DNA of 50,636 nucleotides, filler included, from Jimgerdemannia flammicorona (taxonomy: Eukaryota), in NCBI GenBank assembly GCA_003990765.1. It is 2 parts of 2 records of this genome, joined end to end, with 100 filler letters (N's around TTAATTAATTAA, not from the genome) between each part and the next. Parts side by side here need not be neighbours in the genome. Positions count along the whole stretch, not along the records: positions 25,370 to 50,636 come from RBNJ01000859.1; 1 more part is not named here. One strand, 5' to 3'. Below, piece after piece: positions 34,684-48,000 of this stretch. The notes below the pieces were generated by a model. That model did not search any database, had not been told where the DNA came from, and was given only the letters and a program-made list of their open reading frames with translations. Position numbers and translations under genes: made by a program. Position 1 is the first letter of the stretch. Each line of letters begins with the position of its first letter.

Positions 34684-37600
34684 GTCCCATCTCTTATAAG
34701 TCTGCCCCCAACAAAGCCCCACTGCTCCACCCCCAGCACCTGTTGGGCAACTTTCTGCAGCCTTGCAACAATCACCTTAGTCACCATCTTCCTGTCCATA
34801 TTCAGAAGTATGATTGGTCTCCAATTCTTCCAGTCTTCTCTCCTCTCCTTGTCTTTGTACAATAAGGCCACCAGTCTGAGATCCTGCTCTCCAACCTACT
34901 CACCACTCTGAAGAACATGGTTATAAAGAGCAGCCATCTCACCCAAAATACCTGGGACCTTTACTATCTTCTTCCATAAGTCCCACAGTAACCCATCCTC
35001 CCCTGGTGCTGTTCTAAACTTAGTTGCCACAAGAACACTCTGAATCTCCTCTCCTTGTACTGGTAAGATCAAGTCACCCAGTCCAGCTACTTGCAGCAGC
35101 CCCCACTCCCCTAGTGTATCAGCAATCACCACCCCATCAGCACCCCCTTCTCCCTCACTCCACAAACCCTGCTATCTCTCCTTCAAAACCCCAAAGATTC
35201 ATTGTGTACCATGCACCATGTCCCCATTGACATCTAAGATCCCATTCCACTGATGTTGCACTCTCCTGGCTTTGAGGAGTCTTGATAAATACCTAGTAAG
35301 CTGCTCACCCTCCTCAAGCCCCTGCCACCATAGCCTAGCAGCCATTCCATGCATATGAGTCTCCTCCTCTTCTCTCAACACCAGTTGCAGTTCCACTATC
35401 TCTAATTTCACCTGCTCTGTCCTCCAATTCTCCACTTCCTCAGAAGTAAGCAAATCTGCCCAATCCATTTGCAGTCTCCTCAGCCTGCTGGAAGCACACC
35501 TCGTGTGCTCCCTCCTCTGCCTCCCAGCATCTCTACTAGCTCCTCCCTGATAGACCTTCACTGCCTCTTTCAATCTTATCCAACAGACACCTACAGCCAA
35601 ACCCTCATGCCTCTAGATAACAACCTTCACCTAAATGTCCTCCACTCATGAGTCCCACAACTCCTGCTCAGCCAGCAGAGAGGAGTTAAGGTGCCAATGT
35701 CCGGGTCCATCTCCACTCTCCCCAAACTGCCTCTGCCCCAATAGTCTCCAGTAATCAGACCATGGGCACCACTCCATCTCCAATGTCTTCCAAACATCAG
35801 AACCCCAACACTCTGCTATCAGAATCTAGTCAATCCTGATACCTAAGCCATTCACCCAATGTGTGTAGACCCTGGTGTTGCCCCAACATGTTCTGCCCAT
35901 ATCCCCTAAGGAGTTCAACTTCTCCACCTCCTCCCATGTATCCAGACCTCCACTTCTCCACCTCCTCCCACATATCCAGATCTCCACTTCTTCCCCCTGC
36001 ACTCCTCCCTCCATCAGTTCTGTCTAGAAGCTGATCCCAAACCATATTAAAGTCCCCACTGAGATTATTGACCCCTTCCTCCAAGAGAATACTCTCCTCC
36101 AGCAGCTCTTCAATCTATACAGTACTCTCACCCCTAACTGCAGGGCAGTAGCAAGAGTCAACTATCACTAACTCTCACCCTGGCTGCTGCCAATCTCCCA
36201 AGGCCAAGCAATTACCCCAGTTTCTGATTCCCTCTAAGTCTCCTCTACTCTTCCTCACCAGAATCGCCACTTTTCCAAACCAAGCAGTAGCCCTACCCCA
36301 TTTCCTAGTCCACTCCACCTAGTGCTCCCAAACGAGTTGAATCAATTCGAATCAAATCGAATTGAGGGTTAAATGAGTTGAATCAAATCGAATTGAGGGT
36401 TTAATGAGTTGAATCAAATTGGGGATTTTTCAATTCGAATTAATTCAAATTGAATCAAAAGTCAAATCAAATTGAGGGTCTGATTTGAACCCTAATTTTC
36501 AAAATGCAATAACTCAGCATAACCTCATCCAAATCTAACGTCCTTTAGCTTGTTAGAATCACATAAATATGGTGAATCTAACAAGCTAAAATATGTTAAA
36601 TTAGGATGAGTTTTCGTCGAGTTATTACATTTTGAAAATTAAGGTTCAAATTGAACTTTGAATCGAATCGAATTGGACCCTTGATATGATCGAATTGAAT
36701 CAAGTTTGGGCCAAATTCGATTCAATTCGATTTGTTGGGAGCACTAACTCCACCCGATCATCCTCATCCTCACACTGAACATCCTGTAGTAAAAAGAGAT
36801 TAGCCTCCAATCCCTTGAGCCAAGTAAAAATATTCTTACACTGCCCAGATCCCCTCAACCCATTCACATTCAAAGAGAAAATGTTAGTTATACTGTTCAT
36901 AAGGAATAATGCTAAATAGCAATTCCATCCTTTACAAGTCCACATTCTGCTCCTCCTGTACCAAGTCCAAGTTATGTTCAGCAGCTAGTTTCCTTTCCCC
37001 AGCTTCCTGTGCCTCCAACCCTCCCAGAGGTTCTACCATTGCCCCATCTTCTCTCTCCTCAAAGTCCTCACAATACTCCAGAGAGGCCTCCCTCCAGAGC
37101 TGCAAACCATGACACTCAGCCCAACAGTAGGCTGCCTGCTCACCTGTGACCACCCCCAGCTCTGCCTTCCTCACCTCATTGACCTCATATCCCTCCTCCT
37201 CTAGGAATATCATAAGAATCTCTGCCCTCAGTGCTTCCACCACTCCCTCTCTGCACAGAATCCATGCCCTGTACTCATCAGGCATTACACACAGGTCCAC
37301 GTTTCCCAACACCTCAGCCATGAGGTTATCCATCACCTTGCTCATCTACAGCAAATTCCCCACCTCTTTCCCTCCTGGAGTCCCTGGCCATCCTGCATCC
37401 AACATCATGGTATCAGTACCTACACTGGCAGCCTCATCCCACTCCTCCTCAGAGACATCCACCAGCTCATCCTCACCAACCGCCACCACCTGGCCCCCTT
37501 CTGCCACATCAGGGACCCCAAAGTGCACTTGCTGGACCCTCTGCATCACAACATCCTCTGTTGTCCTTCTCTTCACAGCCAGGCCCCTCCTGATAAGAGG

Positions 37601-39020
37601 GGGGGGGGTGGCATCCAATTTCTGCTCCCAGACCTCAAAAGTACCATCAGTATAGGAGTCTTTGCCCAGCACCTTCCCAGTTCCTTCCTTGCCTGCCTCC
37701 ACCTCCCATTTTCCCTTACTAGCCCAGACACTGGCATTGATGCCCCCAGACACCTTGGCCCCATCTGCCTTCTTCTTTGCCTCTACTTTCATACTCACCA
37801 ATAGCTCTCTCTGCCTCCTGCACCTCTGAGCCCACTCCTACTGCCTCTTGTCTATGCAGATATGCTTTCCCTCCACAACCTCCAGATGCATCATCTCCTC
37901 AAAGAGCTTCCAGGCCTTTGCCCTCCATTCCACCACACCACTCAACTCCTCCAGTACTTCCAACAAGTCCTCCTCCTCCTCTTCACTCTCCTTCACCCTC
38001 AATACCCTAGAGACAATAGCCCCCCACATCAGCACTGAAGGCCAGTCATTCGCCTTTCCAGTGGCCTCCCTCCCTGCCAGCCTAATCCTGACATCCACAT
38101 CACCTATCCTGATTGCCATCCCATCCCACACCCAGAATCCAATATCTACCACATCGCTATATTCTGCCACCACCTCCTCTACTCTCCTCCTAGTTTCAAC
38201 CTTTGTCACCATAGGTACTCCTTAGACTAGCAGCTATACCACTCTGGGGTCCCACCTAAGGCAGTGCACCATAGGGACCACCACTTCACCAACCACTACT
38301 CCAGTTTTCATTGCCTCCTGCCTCCTCAAAGCCCACCCCCACCCCTTCCAGCCCCTTCAGAAACTTCACTGAGGCTGCCCCAGCCACCTGCTGTGAGATA
38401 AGCCCCAGGACCATCCTTGCCATCACTGCTAAGCCCCAGAAGTACAAGGTAGCCATGAATTCTGAAACTGACTTCTTGAGTAATAGTGCCACCACCAGCC
38501 CCATCATACCATTGGCCAGGTCCCCCATCTGAATTGGTAGCCCCAGCCCCACTCCACCATCAGCTGTCACATCTCTTTTTTTTTCCTGATTCCCCATCAC
38601 ACCTTCATCAGCAGTCCCCCCCCCAGCCACTATACCTCCAGACCCTATGCTCATACCCTTAGCCTGAGGACCTCCCCCCCTTCCAAGGCTTGCCTTACTC
38701 CTTCCCCACAGCAGCACCAGCCCTGACTCCAGCCAGCCATCCACTTCCCTTTATCTTGTCCGCAAAGCTTGAGGGGCCAGTCCTTCTCTCATTACCACCT
38801 GACACCAGTCCTCCTCCATATCCCTTACTGCCCTTCAACCCTCCAAAGGCCCCCATCTCCAGGCCATAACCCCTCCTTACATTCCGCTAGCTGAAAGCCC
38901 CAGATCTCCCTGACCCAATATACCCATCAGAACTCTTGCTTAATGCCATAGTGATAGTACCTTTTCTCCTAGTTGTGTCAAAAACTTTTGCTTGAAGTTT
39001 TTATATAACAGGAGAAAGGT
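34684..39020 (-). mobile_element. LINE A, 5' part (5' UTR, ORF1, APE endonuclease, RT N-half); contains MITE 1
   Basis: ORF1 from ATG ~38949 to ~36932. ORF2 MNSITNIFSLNVNGL (~36900), SGDFN, KNWRPIILLNMDRK..QWGFVGGRLIRDG. 5' end ACCTTTCTCCTG at ~39020. Confidence 0.88.
36320..36746. mobile_element. hAT-type MITE copy 1 (427 bp)
   Basis: TIR TAGTGCTCCCAA / TTGGGAGCACTA; 8-bp TSD ACTCCACC (36312-36319 and 36747-36754); subterminal GAATC/GAATT repeats; internal long inverted repeat. Confidence 0.92.
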
Positions 39021-42000
39021 AGTCCCCCACTAGTCACTGGTAAGGACAAAATTTCCCAGCTAATCTGACTCCTCCTCCCTGCCCAGATCTACTCCTTGGT
39101 CAGTTTCAACAGACTCTTCATCACCCAGGCTGGGAAGTCCAAATTATATGTCAGATACTACAACTTCACCAGCCAGTAAGTATTCAAGACAGAAATATGC
39201 TCCACCAGAGATAAGTGGCAGCCTCTCCAGCTTGGCAGGGTCTCTCCCCAGATAACCACCCACTGCTCCCACCAGAGTTTTGGAAAGATGGACATATACA
39301 CTGACAGATAAATGCCCAAGCATCTCACTGTCTCCCCAGCCAGAACAATTGTTCCAATTATATCTCCCCCCACTACACCATTATCCAGCATAGTGCTCCC
39401 AAATGAGTCGAATCAATTCGAATCGAATCAAATTGAGGGTTAAATGAGTCAAATTGAATTGGGGATTTTTCAAATCGAATCAATTCAAATCAAATCAAAA
39501 GTCAAATTGAATTGAGGTTCTGATTTGAACCCTAAATTTCAAAATGCAATAACTCAGCGTAAACATATCCAAATCTAATGTACTTTAGCTTGTTAGAATC
39601 AAATGTATACCATGAATCTAACATGCTAAAATACAATAAAATTGGATGAGTGTTCGTCGAGTTATTACATTTTGAAAATTAAGGTTCGAATCAAACTTTG
39701 AATCGAATTGGACCTTTGATTTGATTCAATTCGTTGAGAGCACTAATCCAGCACCATTGTTTCATACTTATAGCAGTTGAGTTTTGCCCCAGAGTATATC
39801 TCATACCACTCGATAGTCTCCTTGAGCTCCTCAACATTGGTAATTGAACCCAGTCCAACCACTATATCATCTGAAAAAACACCAACTTTCCACTCAATGC
39901 AACAAACTAAAAGCTCTCCTATCTTCTACCAAATCCTATCCATTATGGGCTCTAAGGATAGTGCATACAAAATGGGATACAGTGGGTCTCCCTGGGGAAC
40001 ACCCCTACCTAGAGGGATAGCTACCCCTCAATGCCCATTATACATGAGTGCAGCCCTGCTCCCTTTCCGTAGGCTGACTATTGCTGCTCAGAACTATTGA
40101 GAGACTCCAATCCTATCTATTACCTTTGTCAACCAGACCCTCTGGACATGGTCATATACCTTCTCCTAATCTAAGAAGACCAGGTACCCATCTAATCCAC
40201 AGATCTGTACCCCTTCAATAATACCATATACTCAAGCCATACTATCCTGAATGAGTCAGCCACTGACAAATCCCTGCTGCTCTTCCCCCAAGATCTGCTG
40301 GGCCACCTTCTGCAGTCTTGCTACAACTATCTTGGTAATCAACTTCCTGTCTATGTCCAGTAGTATGATTGGCCTCCAGTTCTTTCAGTCCTCCCTCCTA
40401 CTTTTGTTCATATACAGTAGTACCACCAGCCCCAGATACTACTCTCCAACCCATTTCCTGGACTGCAGTACCAAGTTACAGAGTGCCCTCATCTCTCCCA
40501 GCACACTGGGGACATCTACCATCTTCTTTCAGACAGCCCAGGGCAGGCCATCCTCATCTGGTATAGTACTCAGTATAGGTGTGATAAGTATCTGATGAAT
40601 CTCCTTCTTCTGCACTGGCATCACCAGGTTACTCCACAGTGGATGCCAATTCCCCAAGGCAAGACCAATGGTAACATCTTCTGCTCCCCCCTCCTCCTCA
40701 CTCTATAAGCCACTCCACTGCTCCTTAAGTGATCTGAGAATGTCTTGTATACTATGTATCAATGTCCCCTCAGATCAAGAACCCCCTCTCACCTCTGCTG
40801 AACCCTCCTTGCCCAAAGGGCCCTTGTGAGAAACTTAGAGGGCCTCTCTCCTTCCTCTAGTCCCTGCCAATATAGACATGCTGCCATACTCTGCACCTGA
40901 GCTTCCTCCTTCTCCTATATACCTGTTGCAACTCCACAACCTCCTTTTTCACCCATAGTAATCTCCAATCCTCCACTCCCTCCAGGGCCATCAAATCTGT
41001 CCAATACTCCAACAGCCTCATCAATCTAGCAGGGGCCCACAACCTCCTCTTCCTTCTCTATCTCCCAGCTACCATATCTGTCTCTCTCCAATAGACCTTA
41101 GCAGCCTCCTGCAGCCTTATCCACCTAATGCCAACTGAGGCACCATTATGTATCCACCCCTCCACCCTTTTCCGAATATCCTCAGCCCACTTGTCCAACA
41201 GTATCTTATTGTCTACCAGAGAGGAGTTGAGGCACCAATGTCCCAGTCTATCTCAACTCCCCCCAAAATGGCCCTGTCCCAGCAGTCTCCAATGATCAGA
41301 CCATGGACACCATTCTGCCTCCAGAGGCCCCCAAACATCCAGACCCCAGTAGTCTGCTGTCAAAATCCAGTCAATCCTCGTCTCCAGGCCACTTTCCCAA
41401 TGTGTATACACCTTCTGTCTCCCCACAACTCCCTGCCAGCATCTACCAAGACACTCAGCCTCTTTACTTTCTCTCATACAACCAAACCTCCACTCCTTCC
41501 TTCTGCCCCCCACCCTCTATATTTGATCCAACAGTGCATTCCTGACCATATTAAAGTCCCCTTTAAGCATATCTACTCCAGCCTCTGCCAGAGTCCCTTC
41601 CTCATGGAGATCTCTCATCCACTCTATATGCTCACCTCACACTGTAGGACAATAGCAGGAGCCAACCATAACTGGTGCCTGATCAGTGCAAATCCACTCA
41701 CTCCAGACCAGCCTGTCTCTCCAATTCTATACATCCCATAGTTCCCCTCTGCCCTTTCTGACCAGAATCCCAACCTTGCTCTTCCAAACTACCTCCTCAC
41801 CCCATTTCTTTATCTATTCTAATTTATCAAAATTATCCTCACATCTGACATCCTGCAAAAGAAAGAGATCAGACTTCAATTCCTTCAGCCAAGCAAAAAT
41901 GTTCTATTGACGAAATGAACCCTGAAGCCCATTTACATTTAAAGAGAAAATTTTAGTTGTACTATTCATAAGGAATAATGTATAATATTAAATGTATCCT

Positions 42001-44103
42001 CTACTGCTCCATATTCCTCTCATCCTGAGTCAGGTCCAAATCATACTCTATAGCTTCCTTCTCCTCCTCAGCCCTCTTAGTCTCCAATCCAGCCAGAAGT
42101 TCCTTAAGCTCCCCATCCTCCTTCTTCTCAAATTCTTCATGATATTCCAGGCAAGCCTCTTGCCAGAGCTGTAGCCCAGGTCTCTCCACCCAACAGTAAG
42201 CAGCCCTCTCACCAGCAGCCACTGCCAGCCCAGCCTCCCTCTCCTTACTAATCTCATACTCTTCCTCCTTCAGGAAATCTGCAAGAATCTCCACCTTCAG
42301 TACCTCCACCACACTCTCACCATACAGGATATATGCTCAATGCTTATTACTTATCACTTACAGGTCCATCTCCCCCAACTCCTCTACTGCAAAGTTGTTC
42401 ATCATCCTGCACATCTAAAGTAGATTACCCACCTCCTTTCCCCTGAGAGTCGCTGGCTGCCCTCCCTCCAGTATCAAGATATCAGCATCTGTGCTTGTAG
42501 CCTCATTCCACCCCTCCTTCTGAACATCCATCAGTTCATCCTCATCCACTGCCACCATCTGTCCCCCCATTGCTATCTCAGGAACTCTAAAGTGAACTTG
42601 CTGTGCTCCCCACATGGGCATATCCTCCACCACTCTGCCCCTCAAAGCTGGACCTCATCTAATAAGTGGCATAGGGGTCAGGTATGACTCTTAGACCTCA
42701 AAGATACCATCTACATATAGGTTATCCCCCTTCAGCTCCTCTCTCCCTCCTAGCCTCTTCCCTGCATTCTTGTCATCCTCACTAGCCCAGATGCTCTCCT
42801 TGGCTCCCCCCATGATTTCAACATCACTAAAATCCTTCTTTGCCCTGCTTTCCAGTTTAACCAACAGCTCTCTCTGCCTCTTACATCCTTGGAATCATTT
42901 CCATCACTCCTTATCTATCTGAATTCTCTTCCCATCCACCACTTCCAAGTGCATTGACTCAACATACACCTTTTAGGCCTTAGCTCTCTGCTCTACAGCA
43001 TCACTCAACTCTTCCAGTACCTCTAGCAGATCCACTTCCTCCTCCTCACTCCTCTTTATCCTTGTCACCTTGCACAAGAAAGCCCCCCATACTATTACCA
43101 AAGGCCAGTCTCTCACCTTCCCAGTAGCTTCCTTCTCTGGCAACTGGATTCAAATATCTATATCCCCAGTCCTGAATAAGATCTCCTCCCAGACCCTGAA
43201 TCCAATATTGACCACCTTGCCATTCTCAGCTATGATATCCTCAACTCTCCTTCTTAGCTCCTCAGCAGTTACTGTAGGCACTCCTTTCACCAGCAATTGC
43301 ACCACTCTGGGGTCCCATCTCAAGCATCATTCCATCAGAACACATATCTCTCCAACTGTCAACTCTATCTTCAGTACTTCCTCTAATGGTCCAGCCTCCT
43401 CAAAGCCAACCTTTACTCTTTCTAGTCTCTTTAGGAACTTCATGGACACTGCTCCCACCACCTGCTTAGCAATCAGCTCCAGAACTATTTTCACCATTAC
43501 TGCCAAGCCCCAGAAGTACAAGGTGACTGCAAACTCTGAGATCAACTTCTTGAGTAATAGTGCCACTACCAGTCTCATTACACTATTGACTAGATTACTA
43601 GACCTCATGCTCTTCCCACTGCTCAGTCTACCATCAGCAGTCCCATTTAGATTTTTTTCCTGATTATCTGTCATACTTTCATCAGCAGTTACCCCTCTAG
43701 CCCCTATACTACTAGCCCCACTACTCCAGCCCTCTAGAGAGACTCTCCCTTAAGGCTGCTGCCCTGCAGACTTTGCTATCTCTTTATCCCTCCTAAGCCA
43801 GCCCTCCAGCCCAGCTCCCTGCTGACCCCCCTTCACCTTTTCTGCAAATCTCACTCTCTCTGTCCTCTAACCTCCAGTACTTCCCTCTCCCCTACTATGT
43901 TCTCCCACCAGTAGGCCCCTTATGCTTCCCCCCAAGCCAGGGCCCCTCTCTATATACTGACAGTTGAATGCACCTGGGCCACCCTGCCCAGTATATACCT
44001 CAGAATACTCATCAGTTGCTATGATATAAGAAGCTTTTCTCCAGAAACTATGTTGAAAGTATTACCAAAAGGTGGTGTAACCTGAGTATTACTGGAGAGA
44101 GAT
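39021..44103 (-). mobile_element. LINE D, older degenerate L1/Tx1-type element interrupted by LINE A at 39020; contains MITE 2
   Basis: ORF1 remnants (SEFAVTLYFWGLAV..VKVGFEE); ORF2 start ~41969 (TKIFSLNVNG), WSDH, NWRPI, PQGDP. The 5' end at ~44100 resembles those of LINEs B and F. Confidence 0.85.
39391..39745. mobile_element. hAT-type MITE copy 2 (355 bp)
   Basis: TIR TAGTGCTCCCAA / TTGAGAGCACTA; 8-bp TSD ATCCAGCA (39383-39390 and 39746-39753); homologous to MITE 1. Confidence 0.92.
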
Positions 44104-44210
44104 GTGTTACACATATTATAATATAACTCCATCATCATATAAGCACACAACCTCCAAGCCACTAAAATTGCATATCACCCTTAGAGGAAATTTGAAAATC
44201 ACATGTAAGA

Positions 44211-44303
44211 TCACAAAGCTGAGTCAAACCAGTGTCACAGATCAATAAGTTGAGTCAAACTGAAGTTACAGATCATAAAGCTGAGTCAACTTGAAGTCAC
44301 AGA
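44211..44303. repeat. Three tandem 31-bp units, each containing TGAGTCA
   Basis: Units at 44211, 44242 and 44273 (consensus approx. TCAYAAAGCTGAGTCAAACTGAAGTCACAGA). Confidence 0.85.
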
Positions 44304-44491
44304 ATACAAAATATATAAAAATGAAACCTTATCAATCAGGACTAAAAGTATATATACTAAATATATAGTATGTCAAAAATGAAGAACCACAACAAATCAC
44401 AACCACAACTCTCAATACATACCCAGACATAGCCACTAAAGTCTTCAACTATATCTATATTGATATTTGGAATGCTATTATCGACCAAGCC

Positions 44492-45011
44492 TAGTATCCA
44501 GAATGAATTGAATCAAATTGAATTTGGACTAAATTCAAATCAAATCAAGTCACAATTCAAATCAATTGAATTTAAAATTCTATTTAAAGTTTGAATTCAA
44601 TTTGGAATTCAATTCAAATTAAATTGAATTCAAAATTCAAATTTAAAACTAAATTTAGTAAATCTAAATATATATAATATAACTCACAATATATACGTAT
44701 ATACTCTCCTAAAGTAATCATATCAGATATATCTTTTATATCCTCTATAGAGAATACTATAACAACAGCCTCAGTGTTAGATACAGCTTCAACAAGTCTA
44801 GCTTCAATAAGTATAATCTTATCTGAGAAAGGAAAAGGAAAAGTACAAAAGTAATCTGATATTTAAAAGAAGTTCACAAAATAGTATAAGAAAAATAAAG
44901 ATATCTAAATCAAATATAACTACTGTAAGGTATCATATAAGGCTATTGGTAGCTCAACAATAAATTTGTGAGTACATTTTGACAAATTTCATAAGAGTTA
45001 TCAAACAGCAC
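44492..45011 (+). mobile_element. 5' fragment of a decayed hAT transposon encoding a BED zinc finger, interrupted by LINE F
   Basis: Starts TAGTATCCAGAATGAATTGAATC with MITE-like subterminal repeats. 44855-44995 translates SDI*KKFTK..IKYNYCKVSY..GSSTINL*VHFDKFH, a BED pattern after reverting G>A changes (TAA/TGA>TGG, TAT>TGT). Confidence 0.72.
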
Positions 45012-48000
45012 ACCTTTTACTAATAACATTCAGATGACACAAGACTCAAACAACACTTTCCACAATATTTTTGATAAAAGGAGACTATTAACATAGATAG
45101 CAACAAATATACTGGTGAGTGTATTGACCAGGGTGGCAGCAGTGCCTTCAACTAGCAGCATGTAGAGAGGAGGCAGAGAGATAGTTTAGAGATGCCTGGG
45201 CCTTCTATGGTTGGCCACAGCATTAGTGGTGGAGGGAGGGGCAGATTGAGGTAACAAGGAGGCAGAAGGATGACCTTTGCTAACAAGGTCAAGATGGGGA
45301 GAATGATATCTAGTGTGGACAGTTGGTTGTTACTAGGGAAGGTATCAACAGCTTCAGTTGGAGGACAGGGAGGGGCCCCCATGGGAGGGTTGGACAGTAG
45401 GAGAGGGGGGGGAGTAGGGGATTGGGATGTGACTGCTGATGGAGCTGTAACTGGGGATCTGGAAAAAAATCAAGATATGATGATTACAGGTAGATCAGGA
45501 TAGGGGGAGGGCATGAGGCCTGGGGACCTGGTAGATGGTGTGACTGGCATAGTGTTGGCACCATTACTCAAAAAGTCAAGGTCAGAATTCACCATCACAT
45601 TATGCTTCTGAGGCTTGGTAGTGACTATAAGAATAATTTTGAGGCTGGTAATGTAGGAGGTAAATGGAGCAGCTTTGGTGAAGTTCTTGAAGGGAAAAGA
45701 AGGGGCAAGGTTGGATTTGAGAAAGAGGCATCGTTGTTGGAGACTATGGAGAAGGGGGTTGTAGTAGGTGGAGTAGTGGTCCCTATGGCCAGATGCATGT
45801 GCTGGTACCCCCATGTGGTGTAGTTGACAGTATTGGATCTTCCTATGGTTTCAAGGGAGAAGACCAGGGAGTTGATTGTGGGGGTGGTCAAGGAATATAG
45901 AAATCATGGACATCAGGTTTAGAGTCTGGGAGGGTACTGAACTCTGGATGAGAGATATCAATATCAGGGTGAGACTGGCTGAGAGAGAGAATACTGGGAA
46001 GACAAGAGATTTCCCAGCAACCCTTAAGTGAGAATCAGTTGAATGCAAGATTTTGCAGATGAAGGGGATGCCAGAGGAAGAGGAGGACTTGCTGGAGACT
46101 CTTGAGGATCTGGTAGGAGCAGTGGAGAGGAGGAGATTGGCTTGGAAGAATTATGAAGCCAAGACAGTTGTGGAGATTATGGATGGAAAGAAGATCAGAA
46201 TGGACTGGGTGGTCTGGGAGAAGGTACAGGGGAGGTAAATCCAGAAGGAGCTATTGGAGAAGTTGGGAGGGGGTGTGGCAGGTAGTGGTTCAGAAGAAGG
46301 GGGTGCCAGACTGATGGAGAGTGCTTGGGCAGAGGAGTGTGAGATGGCTCAGGATTCAGCCCAGGGCAGATCAAGTGAGGAGGGACTGGGCAGTATGGTG
46401 GAGGATGCTGAAATGAGTGAGGAAGTCCACCCTTAGTATAGTATCCCAAGTGGGGCAAGTGGGGAGGAGGAACTATTGGACATATTGGAGGAGGAGTAGG
46501 ATGAGTCGGGGAGGAGGAGTGCCTTGGTGGACCCTGTGGTGGAGGTCAAAGGAGTTGCCCAGGGTGTTGCTGAGGCAGTAGATGAAGAGAAGTGGCTGTG
46601 GAAGACTCTGGAGGGGGTGGCAGCTGAGAAGTTGAGGAGAGTGGACTTCCAGGTCCTAAGTGACAGACATTGGGAGGAAATTCTCTATAGAGAGGAGGTA
46701 CCAAGGAAAATTAGAAATGAGATTCTGGTAGTGCTCTTGGAGTCAGAGAAATATGAAGTGAATGATCAGAGAGAGAGAGAGATTACAAATGACTGGGTGG
46801 CATACTTGTGGAATTTGAGGAAGGGATTGGAGAAGTGGAGAGTGGTATGCACAGATTATCAGATAGAAATAAAGGTTGTGGATGGGGTAGAGTATCAGGA
46901 AATCTTGGAAGCACTGAATGCTCAGGCTGTAATAGAGAGTGAGTTGAAGGCTGAGTAGTACTTAGATCTTACTAGTGATGGGATGAGCATAGAATTCTGG
47001 ACTAGGCTCTCAATATCAAAAATTATTCAATATAAACAGTATAACTAGAATCTTTTCTTTGAATGTGAATGGATTGAAGGGAGCAGTATGGTGCAGGAAT
47101 ATATTTGGCTGGTTGAAGGGACTGGATGTGGATCTCTTCTTACTACAGGATGTGTGATATAAGGTAGATATGGACTTACAGGACTGGACTAGAGAATAGG
47201 ATGGGGCAGCTGTGTAGACTGGGTAGGTGGGCATTCTGGTTTGAAAGGAGATGGAGAACATTGGGGATATTGGATATTGGGAGAGTAGGTTGGTATAGAG
47301 AGTATAGAAGAGACCTGGGTGGAACCCTTTAACTATTGGGTCATATTATTGCCTGGCTGAGAGAGGGGAATACATTGATTGGATCAGAGACTTCAGAGAG
47401 ACTGGTGTTATGGATGAGACAGAGATTGATTGCCTGGGGGGTGATTTCAACATGATATGTGATAATGGGGCAGACAGGACTGATGATGGGAGAGGAATGA
47501 GAGACAGAAGTGGTGGGTTGGATGATTGGATGGAGATCAAGAGGTTGAGCTCCTTGAATGACTTGGGGCAATAGTTTTGAATGGAGTACTGAATTTATAC
47601 TCACTGAGTGGCAGGGCTGGGCTCCAGGATCAATGAGGTATTAACAGTGGAGTGTTGGAGAGTAAATGTCTGGGACATGTTGGAGGTGGTTTGGTGTCTG
47701 TGATTGGATCACTGGGGTCTGATAGGAAGTGGGAGATTTGGGGGAAGTGGAGATGGACCTGGATATTGATGACTGAATTCTTCTTTGTTGGAGGATTGTT
47801 CCTTATAGACAGACTAGGAGGTAGATGTTATTGTGAAGATTGGTAAGTGGCAGGAATAGAGATTGGTGATTGGGGATCACTAGCAGCAGCTGAAATCGAG
47901 TGCTCAGAGGTACTGGAGGGAGGCAGGGAAAGGAAGGAGTGTTCAGTGGTGGTAGTGAGTGCTGTGGGCTTTACAGAGATTAGCAGCACTTCTGGAGAGG

